Virus record (IMG/VR): IMGVR_UViG_3300017739_000002
DNA: 20,000 nucleotides
Strand: one strand, 5' to 3'
From: an uncultured virus (IMG/VR IMGVR_UViG_3300017739_000002)
Lineage: Duplodnaviria; Heunggongvirae; Uroviricota; Caudoviricetes
The notes beneath the pieces are model-generated. The model did not search any database, had not been told where the DNA came from, and was given only the letters and a program-made list of their open reading frames with translations. This document shows positions 8,301 through 19,100 of this stretch, one piece after another (position 1 is the stretch's first letter; the number at the start of each line of letters is the position of its first letter). Made by a program: the position numbers and the translations under genes.

Positions 8301-8919
8301 ATTAGATAGTATAGAAGCTGTAAAAGAACATTTTGATTGGGCTCCTTACAGCAAAGAGCGTTGGGCTACACATAACTTATCAAGCCTAAACTTAATTCCA
8401 TTTGTAAATGAAAGAAATCCAAAACTAGTAATTGATATTGGTTGTGGTAAAAATAATTTTAAAGGACTAATTCCTAATCTAATTGGATTAGATGTTTCAG
8501 ATTATCCTGAAGCAGATTTTAATATGTCACTTGAAGAAGTTTATAATAGGAATATTTTCCAACATGAATGTGCTGATGTTGTTATGGCATTGGGCAGTCT
8601 AAATTTTGGAACGTTTGATAATATCATTAGTCAGTTCGGAATGGCAATTGACTGGGTAAAGCCTGGCGGTATTTTTATTGTAAGAGTAAGATTACATTTA
8701 GATAAAGAAGAAGCATTATATGCACGAGGCCACCAACAACATAATTGGAATTGGAAAAACGTAGACGAGATGCATGAGGCTTACAAAGATAAAGTAGAAT
8801 ATTTGATTGAACCAGCAACAGAAAAAGCGGCTGGTGGATTACCTGAAGAGAAACATGGAGAGCCAGACTTTGGTAGACCTCCAGTAGATTTAGCAGTATG
8901 GACCTGGATTAAAAAATGA
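8293..8919 (+). CDS. Class I SAM-dependent methyltransferase (not DNA-MTase type)
   Basis: Motif I VIDIGCG, LIGLD, ADVVMALGS, VKPGGIFIV; SD AGGAG upstream; no DPPY/NPPY or PC catalytic motif. Confidence 0.85.
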   Translation: MPKLDSIEAVKEHFDWAPYSKERWATHNLSSLNLIPFVNERNPKLVIDIGCGKNNFKGLIPNLIGLDVSDYPEADFNMSLEEVYNRNIFQHECADVVMALGSLNFGTFDNIISQFGMAIDWVKPGGIFIVRVRLHLDKEEALYARGHQQHNWNWKNVDEMHEAYKDKVEYLIEPATEKAAGGLPEEKHGEPDFGRPPVDLAVWTWIKK

Positions 8920-9464
8920 GCAAACCAGTATTGTTACTAAATGCTGATGCACAACCTGTAAGCCTATGTCCGCTTAGTACAATTAGCTGGCAACTTGCAA
9001 TCAAAGTCTATTTTTTAGACAAAGTAAGAATACTTGAGAGCTATGATGAGTTAGTGCGTAGTGCAAACTTCAGTATGCAAAAACCCAGTATTGTTATGCT
9101 AAAGCGTTATCACAAACTGCCTGTATCAGCAAAGTTTTCACGTAGAAATATGTTTATACGTGATAAGTTCACCTGTCAATATTGTTTAGAAGAGTTTCCA
9201 CAGCAGGAACTCACCGTGGATCATGTTCTCCCCCGGTACTTGGGCGGGGTAAGTAGTTGGGAAAACTGCACTACTGCCTGTAAGACCTGCAACTGGAACA
9301 AAGGCAACAAGTTGGAACGCCCTAAAGTAAAGCCTATAAAGCCAACATATCACGAATTAAACCATAAATTTAAAAATATCCCCATACATATATCAGATCT
9401 ATCCTGGAAAACTTATATTAGTTGGCCAGATGAATTAATTATTGTCAAAAACAAAGCCGCCTAA
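8916..9464 (+). CDS. HNH endonuclease, McrA-like, with zinc-binding CxxC pairs
   Basis: VLLLNAD.QP N-terminus; RDKFTCQYC, LTVDHVLPR..GG..SWEN...ACKTCN..KG. Confidence 0.92.
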   Translation: MSKPVLLLNADAQPVSLCPLSTISWQLAIKVYFLDKVRILESYDELVRSANFSMQKPSIVMLKRYHKLPVSAKFSRRNMFIRDKFTCQYCLEEFPQQELTVDHVLPRYLGGVSSWENCTTACKTCNWNKGNKLERPKVKPIKPTYHELNHKFKNIPIHISDLSWKTYISWPDELIIVKNKAA

Positions 9465-9480
9465 ATAGGGCGGTTTTTTT
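9453..9480 (+). terminator. Rho-independent terminator overlapping the HNH stop codon
   Basis: AAAGCCGCC-TAAATAG-GGCGGTTTTTTT: GC-rich stem followed by a run of seven T. Confidence 0.85.
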
Positions 9481-9481
9481 G

Positions 9482-9489
9482 TATAAATA
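9482..9489 (+). promoter_or_regulatory. T4-type late promoter TATAAATA for gp25-gp6-giant gene
   Basis: Exact consensus directly after the terminator, 5 nt before ATG 9495. Confidence 0.8.
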
Positions 9490-9494
9490 TTAGT

Positions 9495-9869
9495 ATGGAA
9501 AAAATTTACGGATATAGCACGATTGACCAGTCCATGACGCCTAAACAACTCACAGGAGTTGCATTAGCAAAGCGTGACCTTGAGAATCACTTCCAGATTC
9601 GCAAAGGAGAGAAGTGGACAAATCCAAACTTTGGTAGTATGCTACCATTTTATGTCATGGAACCCCTTGATAATATCACAGTTGACTTAGTCAAGCAGGA
9701 TGTTCTTGATGTAATCAGTTATGATCCACGTTTCAGTATTGAGAAGAATACAATTTTAGTTGACTTTGACGAATCAAAGATTGAGGTAAATGCGACACTA
9801 AACTACATACCCACTTCAACACCAGTAGTACTGGAACTTAAATTTGATAGAGAATTTGAGGAACTATAA
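9495..9869 (+). CDS. gp25: Baseplate wedge subunit gp25 (GPW/gp25 family)
   Basis: DLENHFQIRKGEKWTNPNFGS..., V..VISYDPR; 124 aa; precedes gp6. Confidence 0.92.
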   Translation: MEKIYGYSTIDQSMTPKQLTGVALAKRDLENHFQIRKGEKWTNPNFGSMLPFYVMEPLDNITVDLVKQDVLDVISYDPRFSIEKNTILVDFDESKIEVNATLNYIPTSTPVVLELKFDREFEEL

Positions 9870-12800
9870 TGGCACAGGCACAACGACAAACCAAACTGTT
9901 TGCGGCTGAAGATTATACAGCGGTATATGAATCATACATAAATGCAAACTTACAGGCATATGATTTTGATACGATACGTGATAGCATGGTATCATACATC
10001 AGAGAAAACTATCCAGAAAGTTACAATGACTGGGTAGAGTCAGCAGAATTTGTAAGCCTATTAGACGTTGTCGCACGTTTTGGTCATGCCCTTGCCTTCC
10101 GAATTGATATTAATGCTCGTAATAACTTTATCAGCACAGCAGAAAGAACAGACTCTGTTTATAAACTTGCAAACTTCTTAGGCTATACACCAAGAAGAAA
10201 TACAACAGCAAGTGGTTTTGTAAAAGTTGTTTCAGTCAAAACAAATGAAGATATAATTGGAAATAACGGTACAACTTTATCTGGGCAAGAGTTTAACTTT
10301 GAAAATAGTACATCAGCAGATAATTTAGATAACTTTATTAATATTATGAATGCTGTATTTGCAAGCACAAATCCATTTGGCTCACCACGCAAACAGGTTA
10401 CAGTTGATAATGTTGTAAACCAGTTTTACAACTTCAACAATACAGAAAACCAAGTTGCTTTTAATTTTACTGGTATAGCACAAGGCACACAAACTACATT
10501 TAATGCATATAGTTCAGATTACAATACAGACACATTACGCTATGAAGAAAAGTCTCCTGATCCACAAAGTGCTTTTAGTATCCTATATAAAAATGATGGG
10601 CAGGGTGTATTAAGTAATAATACAGGTTTCTTCTTTGGCTTAAAAGAAGGCAACTTAGACTTTCAAGACTTTAATGTACAAGATGCAGTTAGTGGTATCA
10701 CACTTGATGTAGACGCAGAGAATATAAACCAAACAGACGTTTGGGTACAAACCATTAATCAAGATGGAACAGTAATTAAAAACTGGACTAAGGTTAATGA
10801 AGTATTTGGAACAAATGTTATATTCAATAATCTTTCAAATGGAATAAGAGATATCTTTAGTGTAAAGTCATTAGTAGACAATAGAATAAGCATACAGTTT
10901 GCAGACAGTTCATTTGGCAACTTACCTAACGGAATTATAAGAGTATGGTTTAGATCAAGCCTTGACGAAACATATACGTTACGTCCCGATGACATTGGCC
11001 TAAAGCGTATTAACATGACATACAAAGGTGCTGACAACAATACATATACAGCAACATTTGTTGTTCAACTTAAGAGTACAGTGAACAGTGCAAGTAGTGC
11101 AGAGAGTATAGATGACATAAGAGTCTCAGCACCACAAAGTTATGCAAGCCAGAATAGAATGATTACAGCAAGTGACTATAACGGTTTTCTCGGTAGCACT
11201 AGTGATAACATGAAAAAAATTAAGGCTGTGAATAGAACGCACAGTGGCTTTAGTAGATATGTGGACTTAAAAGACCCAACAGGTGCATATAGTAATTTAA
11301 GATTATTTGGAACTGATGGAAAGTTATATAGTTGCAATAAAAGAAAGACAACCATTGCAAGTGATATATCTGCGGCACAAGTTTTTGATTCTTATATCAA
11401 AAGGTTTGTAAGTGATGATGAGCTCATTAATTTATATTACAATAAATTTGCAACTACATTTGTAGATCTAAAATCCACATACAGTTTAAATTCATTTAGC
11501 TGGGCACAAAGTACACAGTATCCACTTACAGGATATTTTCTAAATGGTACAACAATTCATGGTGTTGGTGAAAATCAATCTTCATATTTGCAACTAATTA
11601 GAACTGGTGCTATGCTAAAGTTTACATATGGTGGCACAGAGTATTGGGCACAAGTAAAAAGAATTTATAATAATGGATTAGGTGTTGATAATACAAGTGG
11701 TGATCCTACAGGTATTACACCTGATGATCAGGGTGCAATTAGCCTTGATGTAGCAATACCTTCAAACGCAACACTGGAAACAATTTACCCAGCAATAAGC
11801 AGACAGTTTACAAAAACAGAACGCAATACTGTAATTGATTATATAAAAGCAAAACAAACTTTTGCATTAAAGTATGACTACATTAATAATGCGTGGGAAA
11901 TAGTAGAGCGTAGTCCACTACCAACAGGTAGCAATATAACATTTCCAACAGAGTTTAGTACAAATCTTAATGTAACTGCAGGACAATATATTACTGGACT
12001 TGAATATAAAATACAAAGTCTAGGTAATACAGACTTTACATTAATTGGTGCTGGTGCAAATACTGTAGGCACAAACTTCATAGCAACTGGTCCAGGTACT
12101 GGTACTGGTGTTGCAAGTAGCACAAAAGATAATAACTGGCTTATACATATAAGTTATGAATCAAGTAACAATGTTGATAAGTGGTCAATCGTACAGCGAG
12201 TATTAAGATACGAACTTACAACTGATCAAATGGAATTTAGTAATATTACAAATGAATTCTTTATGGACGGCGAATCACGCAAGAAGAAAAGAGATAAAGT
12301 ATTAGTTACTGACACATCAACAGCAGGATTTCCAAGTACAACATTTTACATTTGGGGATATGATTTTAAAACTGATGGTGATAAGTCAGGTGTATATGAT
12401 CCTACAAAAGTTATCCTTGCAAGTGTTGATGCAGATGATAATGATAGACCAGATAATCCTGAAGCGTTTTCAGATGTAGTTGGCACAAATGAAATAGACA
12501 TTGATATTGATAATGATGGTGACTTGGATACTGTGTTTGGTAAAGAAAATTTAAGATATGAATGGACACATGTTCCTGATCATAATGAACTTATTGATCC
12601 ATCATTTACAAACTTAATTGATGTGTTTACATTATCAACAACATATGATACAAAGTTTAGAGCTTACCTCAAAGATACAACAGGCCAAGCTGGTATGCCA
12701 GTAGCAGATACAGTTACAAGTTTACGTAGTGCCTTTGATGATCAAACAGAGCGTAAAGCAATGAGTGATAGTATTGTATACAGGCCTGCAAACTATAAAG

Positions 12801-13177
12801 TTATATTTGGTCCTAAATCGGATACAGAGTTTAGAGCTAAGTTTAGAATTATTAAAATGGCAGGCGTAAAGTTTACAGATAATGAAATCAAAAACCAAGT
12901 TGTAAATGTAATTGAAGAATATTTTAATCCTGCTAATTGGGAGTTCGGTGAAAGTTTTTACTTCACAGAACTTGCGGCTTATGTACATAAAGAACTTGCA
13001 GGTGTAATTAGTAGTTTTGTAATTGTTCCATTAGGCACAAATGCAGTATTTGGTGATCTATTCCAGATTACTCCATTCAAAGATCAGCTACTTATTCCTG
13101 ACATAAGTATTACTGACATTGATATTATTTCAGGCCTGACACAGGCAAATATTAACTTAGCACAGGGCTCTTATTAA
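9869..13177 (+). CDS. gp6: Baseplate wedge subunit gp6 (baseplate J-like), enlarged
   Basis: DFDTIRDSM..Y, FISTAER.DSV..LA..LGY.P, IQFADSSFGNLP, AESIDDIR..AP..YASQNRMITASDY. Confidence 0.9.
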   Translation: MAQAQRQTKLFAAEDYTAVYESYINANLQAYDFDTIRDSMVSYIRENYPESYNDWVESAEFVSLLDVVARFGHALAFRIDINARNNFISTAERTDSVYKLANFLGYTPRRNTTASGFVKVVSVKTNEDIIGNNGTTLSGQEFNFENSTSADNLDNFINIMNAVFASTNPFGSPRKQVTVDNVVNQFYNFNNTENQVAFNFTGIAQGTQTTFNAYSSDYNTDTLRYEEKSPDPQSAFSILYKNDGQGVLSNNTGFFFGLKEGNLDFQDFNVQDAVSGITLDVDAENINQTDVWVQTINQDGTVIKNWTKVNEVFGTNVIFNNLSNGIRDIFSVKSLVDNRISIQFADSSFGNLPNGIIRVWFRSSLDETYTLRPDDIGLKRINMTYKGADNNTYTATFVVQLKSTVNSASSAESIDDIRVSAPQSYASQNRMITASDYNGFLGSTSDNMKKIKAVNRTHSGFSRYVDLKDPTGAYSNLRLFGTDGKLYSCNKRKTTIASDISAAQVFDSYIKRFVSDDELINLYYNKFATTFVDLKSTYSLNSFSWAQSTQYPLTGYFLNGTTIHGVGENQSSYLQLIRTGAMLKFTYGGTEYWAQVKRIYNNGLGVDNTSGDPTGITPDDQGAISLDVAIPSNATLETIYPAISRQFTKTERNTVIDYIKAKQTFALKYDYINNAWEIVERSPLPTGSNITFPTEFSTNLNVTAGQYITGLEYKIQSLGNTDFTLIGAGANTVGTNFIATGPGTGTGVASSTKDNNWLIHISYESSNNVDKWSIVQRVLRYELTTDQMEFSNITNEFFMDGESRKKKRDKVLVTDTSTAGFPSTTFYIWGYDFKTDGDKSGVYDPTKVILASVDADDNDRPDNPEAFSDVVGTNEIDIDIDNDGDLDTVFGKENLRYEWTHVPDHNELIDPSFTNLIDVFTLSTTYDTKFRAYLKDTTGQAGMPVADTVTSLRSAFDDQTERKAMSDSIVYRPANYKVIFGPKSDTEFRAKFRIIKMAGVKFTDNEIKNQVVNVIEEYFNPANWEFGESFYFTELAAYVHKELAGVISSFVIVPLGTNAVFGDLFQITPFKDQLLIPDISITDIDIISGLTQANINLAQGSY

Positions 13178-16100
13178 TGGCCGATTATAAAGATTACAAG
13201 AGCTCTAAAACCAAAAAGAGCAAGAACAAAAGAAAGATTGGTAACTACCCTACAGTAAATGTAAAGAGTAGTGATTACCTCCCATTCGCCTTTCAAACTA
13301 GAATTAATAAGCAGTGGCTTGATAGTACATTTGATCAACTAGTATCTAAAGGTATGCTAGAAGATATTGATGCTTATGTTGGTGATAAGTCAGGCAAGTC
13401 TAGAACTGAAACAGAACAAACAAAATACTTAGATACAAAAAATAATAATGTACAACTTTCTCCTACAATCGTTAGTGATACACGTATTACATTTGACGAT
13501 GTGGCCCAGGCAGTTGAACAATACTTCGATGACTATAATTATAATTCGGCATACACTACCCAGGGTTATGTATATCAGCCGCCAATTGATGTAGATAAGT
13601 TTTTTAACTTTACAAGTTACTATTGGGTTCCAAACTTACCTGTATATGAAAGTGATAATACAAATGGCACAGCAACATATGCAGTAGATCCTATTACAGA
13701 TATTAACGGAAAAGTAACACATACATTTGTAGATGATAATAACAGTTTTGATTTAGAAGACGGAATGCGTATTAAGTTAGAACTGGGTTATGGTTCTTTA
13801 AGCAACAACATTTATCTTGTAACAGGTGTTGGCAAGGAAATTAACTTACGTCTTTACAATGAGCAACGTACAGTTTTTGGTACTACTAATAAACGCCCAT
13901 ACCCTATTTGGACAGATGAAAATACTTACACAAATCATACAAAAGGATATTGGGATAGTATAGATGTATTGGATATTACCTACAAAAAAGGCAATATAGC
14001 AGACGCACGTGGTAACTCACCTATTACAATAATGCAAGCATACAATGCAGATTTAGCAGATCCAAATACTAATACTGCACCTGCATTATGGTTTTACTCT
14101 GGTAATGACAGAAAGATTTACCTAGCGAATGGTATGGTAGTAAGGTTTGGCACGGGTTGGCCCGGATTAACAACAGAAGAACAACATTCAATATACTGGG
14201 TAGAAGTTGATACAAGTGGCAATGTAATATTCAAAGATATTATTAGGGCATCAGTTTCAGGAACTGAAATTACACAGGAAGTAGTAACAACAAATAGAAC
14301 ACCAGATAAAATAGCAAAAGCTCAATCCTACTTAGAACATACATGGGATAGTAATACAAATTGGGATACATGGTATACACCAACAGCATTAAAAGATTAT
14401 ATTGTTATTAACAGAGATGATCCTATTGCTACAGCATGGAGTAGATCCAATCACTGGATTCACAGAGATACAATTTTTAAATTGGCAGACATGAATCCAT
14501 TTATGGATGCAGAAAATTTCACTACTCTTGATAATCAAGCAAAGCGTCCTATCATTGAATTTGAAGGTGGTATACATCTTATCAAACATAGTAATGATAG
14601 CACAGTACAGAAATTTCAAGGACCTATAGACTTTATATTAAGAGATGCAAGTCTAGCAAGTCAACTACAAAATGGCACAACCTACATAGTAGAAAATGTT
14701 GCAACATCATACACACGTGATGCCACACAAAGTACAGATCCAGTTTACAAAACTCTTACAGTAGGTGATACATTCATTATAAGAAATGCTCTTGGAACAA
14801 GTACAGCAGACACAGCAACATTACAGTCAAGTTATATTAGACAGGACTTGTGGGTTAGCGACACACCACAGACTATGGTGGGATATACAAAGGATCGTGT
14901 CAATCATCCACCGTTATATTATTTGTTTGACGATGAAAGACAAAACACAAGATTAGACGATATAACAAAATATCCTAATAGTACATTTAGGTATGTGAAA
15001 GATGCTGATGGCGAAAGAGGTGGATCTAAATTATTTGGATATAAGATAGGTTCAGGTACAACAATTGATCCTGAACTTGACATGGTCGTAAGTCTTAAAG
15101 ATATGGGCCATAGAGCAGAATACGAATTTGTAAACTATCAGGATAAAGATAAATTTACATTTAGTCTAATAACTCCTGATGGTGGACTTGTAGATACAGA
15201 TACAATTAAAGGCTACTACAGTTATAAGCAAAAAGGAATTGTAAAGAACGCTTATGTTCCTGGCAATGTAATGCGTGGTGCAAAAGAAAAGTATCAACAG
15301 ATTGTTACTGATGCAACTTCAGCACAAACTATCCCATACGGCACAGATAGTTTTAAATCTGCAAGAGAATTTGTTGTACATACATATGGTCCTAATATAG
15401 ACTTTACTGTTACTGAAAACTTTGCATTTGGTATTTTTAATGAACGTAAAGAAGGTAAGCCTACACTAACAGTCAAAGCAGGTGAAACTTATAACTTTAT
15501 TAACATTAGTAAAAATAATATAAATTTCTATAGCGATTTTGCTGGCACTGCACATACAACAAATGTTACATCAAGTGGAAATGTAACAACAATAGTAATG
15601 CCAAATACTGCTGGAATATTATACTATGGTTATTCAGCTACTAATAAGGCACGTATTGTTATTTTAGATAATGATGACTATCTATATCATGATCTATATA
15701 TTGACGGCAAGCGTATTAGACAAGAAGAGTATACAATTAATACAGACTCAATAGTTGTACCAGCAGACCTTGTAGAAGAAAATAGTATTATTGATTTAGA
15801 ATTTAGAGAAGTAGATGCAACAAATGATGCAAAAGTATACAGCATACCTGATGTACTTGAACATAATGCAACTAACAAGCAATTACTTGAATTTACTATT
15901 AGTGAAACATTTGACCATTGGAACGATATTATATATAAGTCACCAAACTTAACAGGGCAAAGTTTTGGTATTAATAGTTACCACAAAGATGTTAAATTGC
16001 ATAACACTGGTGGTACAATATATATGTATGATGATATTAGTATCATGCACGATTACACATATGCCAATACTGCATTTGATGCAAGAGAAGCTCTGTTTGC

Positions 16101-19100
16101 ACAAGCACGTGACTTTCATGGATTTAGAGATAGATTTAGAGCTCAAGTAATTAGACTATACAAATCAAATGGATATGTGAAAACAAGGGACATTGTACGT
16201 GATGCACTTAAAGCAATCACTGAAACCAAAAAAGGAACAGATTTATATGCTGATTCAAATATGGTTTACTTCCAAGATAAGAGAGAACAGAGATATGATC
16301 TTACAGCAAGTCAAACAAAAATCTATCCAAGTATATCAATAAACACTGACTTTAATATAATGGATCATGCTTATTTGTATTTGTCAGAAAACAATGGCAG
16401 TAATGAATATTATGAAAGATTACTTGTTAAAGATGTTGACTATACTCTTGCAGGCAGTACTATTACACTTAAAAATTTAACAACCGCTGTAAGTACTACT
16501 GAGCCAGCATTTCTTACAATACAATTTATTGATAGAGAGAACAATAGTTATATACCTGAAAGCATGGTAAAACTAGGGCTTGCGTATGGAACACCACCTA
16601 CAGTTGAAACAGATATAATCACATTACATGATGGAACAGAACTAGTTTGGAATAACACAAACAATTTATATGACCCAACAAAATCAAACTATGATGTTGT
16701 AAATGCCTGTTTATTAGACTTAGACAAAAGAATTTGGGCAGGTATAGTTGACTTGGATAATACAAGAAGTCCTAATGCATTTCTGCCGGCACCACATTTT
16801 GAAACTTGGTATACAAAAGAAAAGTTAGATAATTATACAGAACAACTATACAGAGATTACCAAGCAAAGATTGGTGTAGAAGTTTTCAATTCCAGTAACT
16901 ACTATGATGGAACAAATTATCCTGGAAGCAATGACGGCACAACATGGAATTACAGTTCAATGGGTAACTGGCCAGGACATTGGAAAGGTGCGTATCAATA
17001 CTTGTTTGGTACACATAGACCTGATTTAACACCATGGCATATGCTAGGAAAAAGCAAAAAACCAGATTGGTGGGACGATGTATATAGTTGGAAAGATACT
17101 GCAAACGGTGGATCAGATGCTAAACGTACAGCATTAATTGAAGCATTAACAAATGGCTACGTAAGTAATACACGTGATCATGTGAACTATACAAAATCAG
17201 AACTACGTTATGCAAGACATAATTGGGACTGGACAAACAACTACCCAGTTGATACAGCCGGAAACCTTGTACCAAGATACGAAGTGCTTGGTATACCGTC
17301 TGCTGTGAACAGAGCACAGGATTTTGTATTTGGTGACTATGGTCCTATTGAGATTGCTTGGAGAGGAAGTGCTTTAGGTCAAAGTGCATTATTAGATGCA
17401 ATAGTAAAATTATTACCTGCAAAAGCATGGACAGAGTTTTTCCAACCAGGATTATTTAATGAAGGTAATATTTTTAGTAGCAACAAATTAATTAACGCAT
17501 ACTCAAGGTCTGCTATATCACCTAATAATATTTTATACAATAACAATGCCAGCCATAAAAAAGTAAAACGTATTAATGTTCGTAGCTCAAGCACTGGTTG
17601 GGGATCAACAAGTAAAATTGATTTATTCTCTCCAACTGATTCAGCAAGAGTAGGCGAGGCTGTAATTGATGTAGATAGTACAGGTACAATTAGCAGTATT
17701 ACAATTACTAAAGGAACATACGGATATAGAGAAGTACCTATTTTTGATATTACAAATCAAGGCACTGGTTATGATCAGGACGCAATAGTTGATATTGAAT
17801 TTATTATGGGTAATGCAATATATCATGGACATGGTCTTAACAAGGTATTAGATAACAACTTACTACGTGGCTATAAAGACATTAGTATGCGTGAAGTGTA
17901 CGAACCAATTGATACTAAACTTGTACAAAAAGTAGGCGGCTTTACATCTGAAAACCTCGTTGATTTTTATACTGAGTCAGGAGCAAACGGCAAATACAAA
18001 GTTGACACAAATGACTACAATGTATTTTTATATAAAGGCCCACCAAGAAAGATTGTAAACGCAAGTGTGATGAACTTGAAAAAACAACTAGGTGGTATAA
18101 AGGTTGATGGATATGGACTTGGTAAGCAAAAGTTTTACTTTTATGAGCCTCTTAGAAAAACAGATAACTTTACTAATTTAGAACTAGTAGAAAATGCTAT
18201 CGTAAGAAGATATAATGATTTTGATTATAGTAGAGTTAGTAGTATTGAGTATGGTGCTGTTGTAGCGAAAGTACAGGACCTATACGATTTTATTAGAGGA
18301 TATTATGAATACCTAAACTATAACGGTGTTGTACCACAGGCAAATGGTAATGCTCAAGCAACAAACGGAGCAGTATTTGCTATTGGCAATGAAGTAGGTA
18401 ATACAACAAGACTTGCTCTTGGTGATACGATTAATTATACTGGACAAACAGGTAGACTTGTAGAGTTTGGTACACTACCAGGTGGTATGAATAGCCCATT
18501 AGATACAAAAGGAAAAATACTTAATCCAAAAGAAGTAAGCGTTGATAGATTAGAGAAGACTGCTATTGTAAGTATTAATTCTCCGCTTGCTAAAGAATTT
18601 GGAAGCGTTACGTTTGCTGAAGTAGATTTTGAACACGTAGTTGAATTTGATAACACTACACAGTTTAATGATACATTATTTAATGATGTAACAAACCAGA
18701 GACACCATAGATTATTAATGCAAGGACACAGAACAATAGACTGGGACGGTAACATTAGAGCTCCTGGATACCTTGTATTTGAAAACAAAATTGTTGAAAA
18801 CTTTGATACCAGTGTTGAAACACTTAACACACTTTACGATTATAATATTGAAAACGTAAATCCAACATACAGAAAAGCACAGAACATTACAATAGGAAAT
18901 TATAATAAGGACTGGGTTAACGATACATTTATAAATGATCAAACTTTTGCAAAGTTTTATCAGGGTATGATAAAAGCAAAAGGCACAAGCAATGTTATGA
19001 AACCATTTAACAGAAGTTCAATGTTAAATGAAGGTACAAGTACAGCAAGCATTTACGAAGAATGGATGTTCAGACATAGTTACTATGGTGATAACACAAA

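Noticed and set aside
9231..9249. GC-rich inverted repeat CCCCG...CGGGG inside the HNH gene
   Set aside because: Only a 5-bp stem with no U-tract, and it is explained by the conserved PR..GG codons.
8293..9464. Classical restriction-modification system
   Set aside because: The MTase has no N6/N4 (DPPY/NPPY) or C5 (PC, ENV) catalytic motifs and looks like a small-molecule or protein methyltransferase.
2332..13177. Bacterial contractile injection system (eCIS/T6SS/tailocin)
   Set aside because: Adjacent gp55 and gp47 genes and T4-type late promoters indicate a phage genome.
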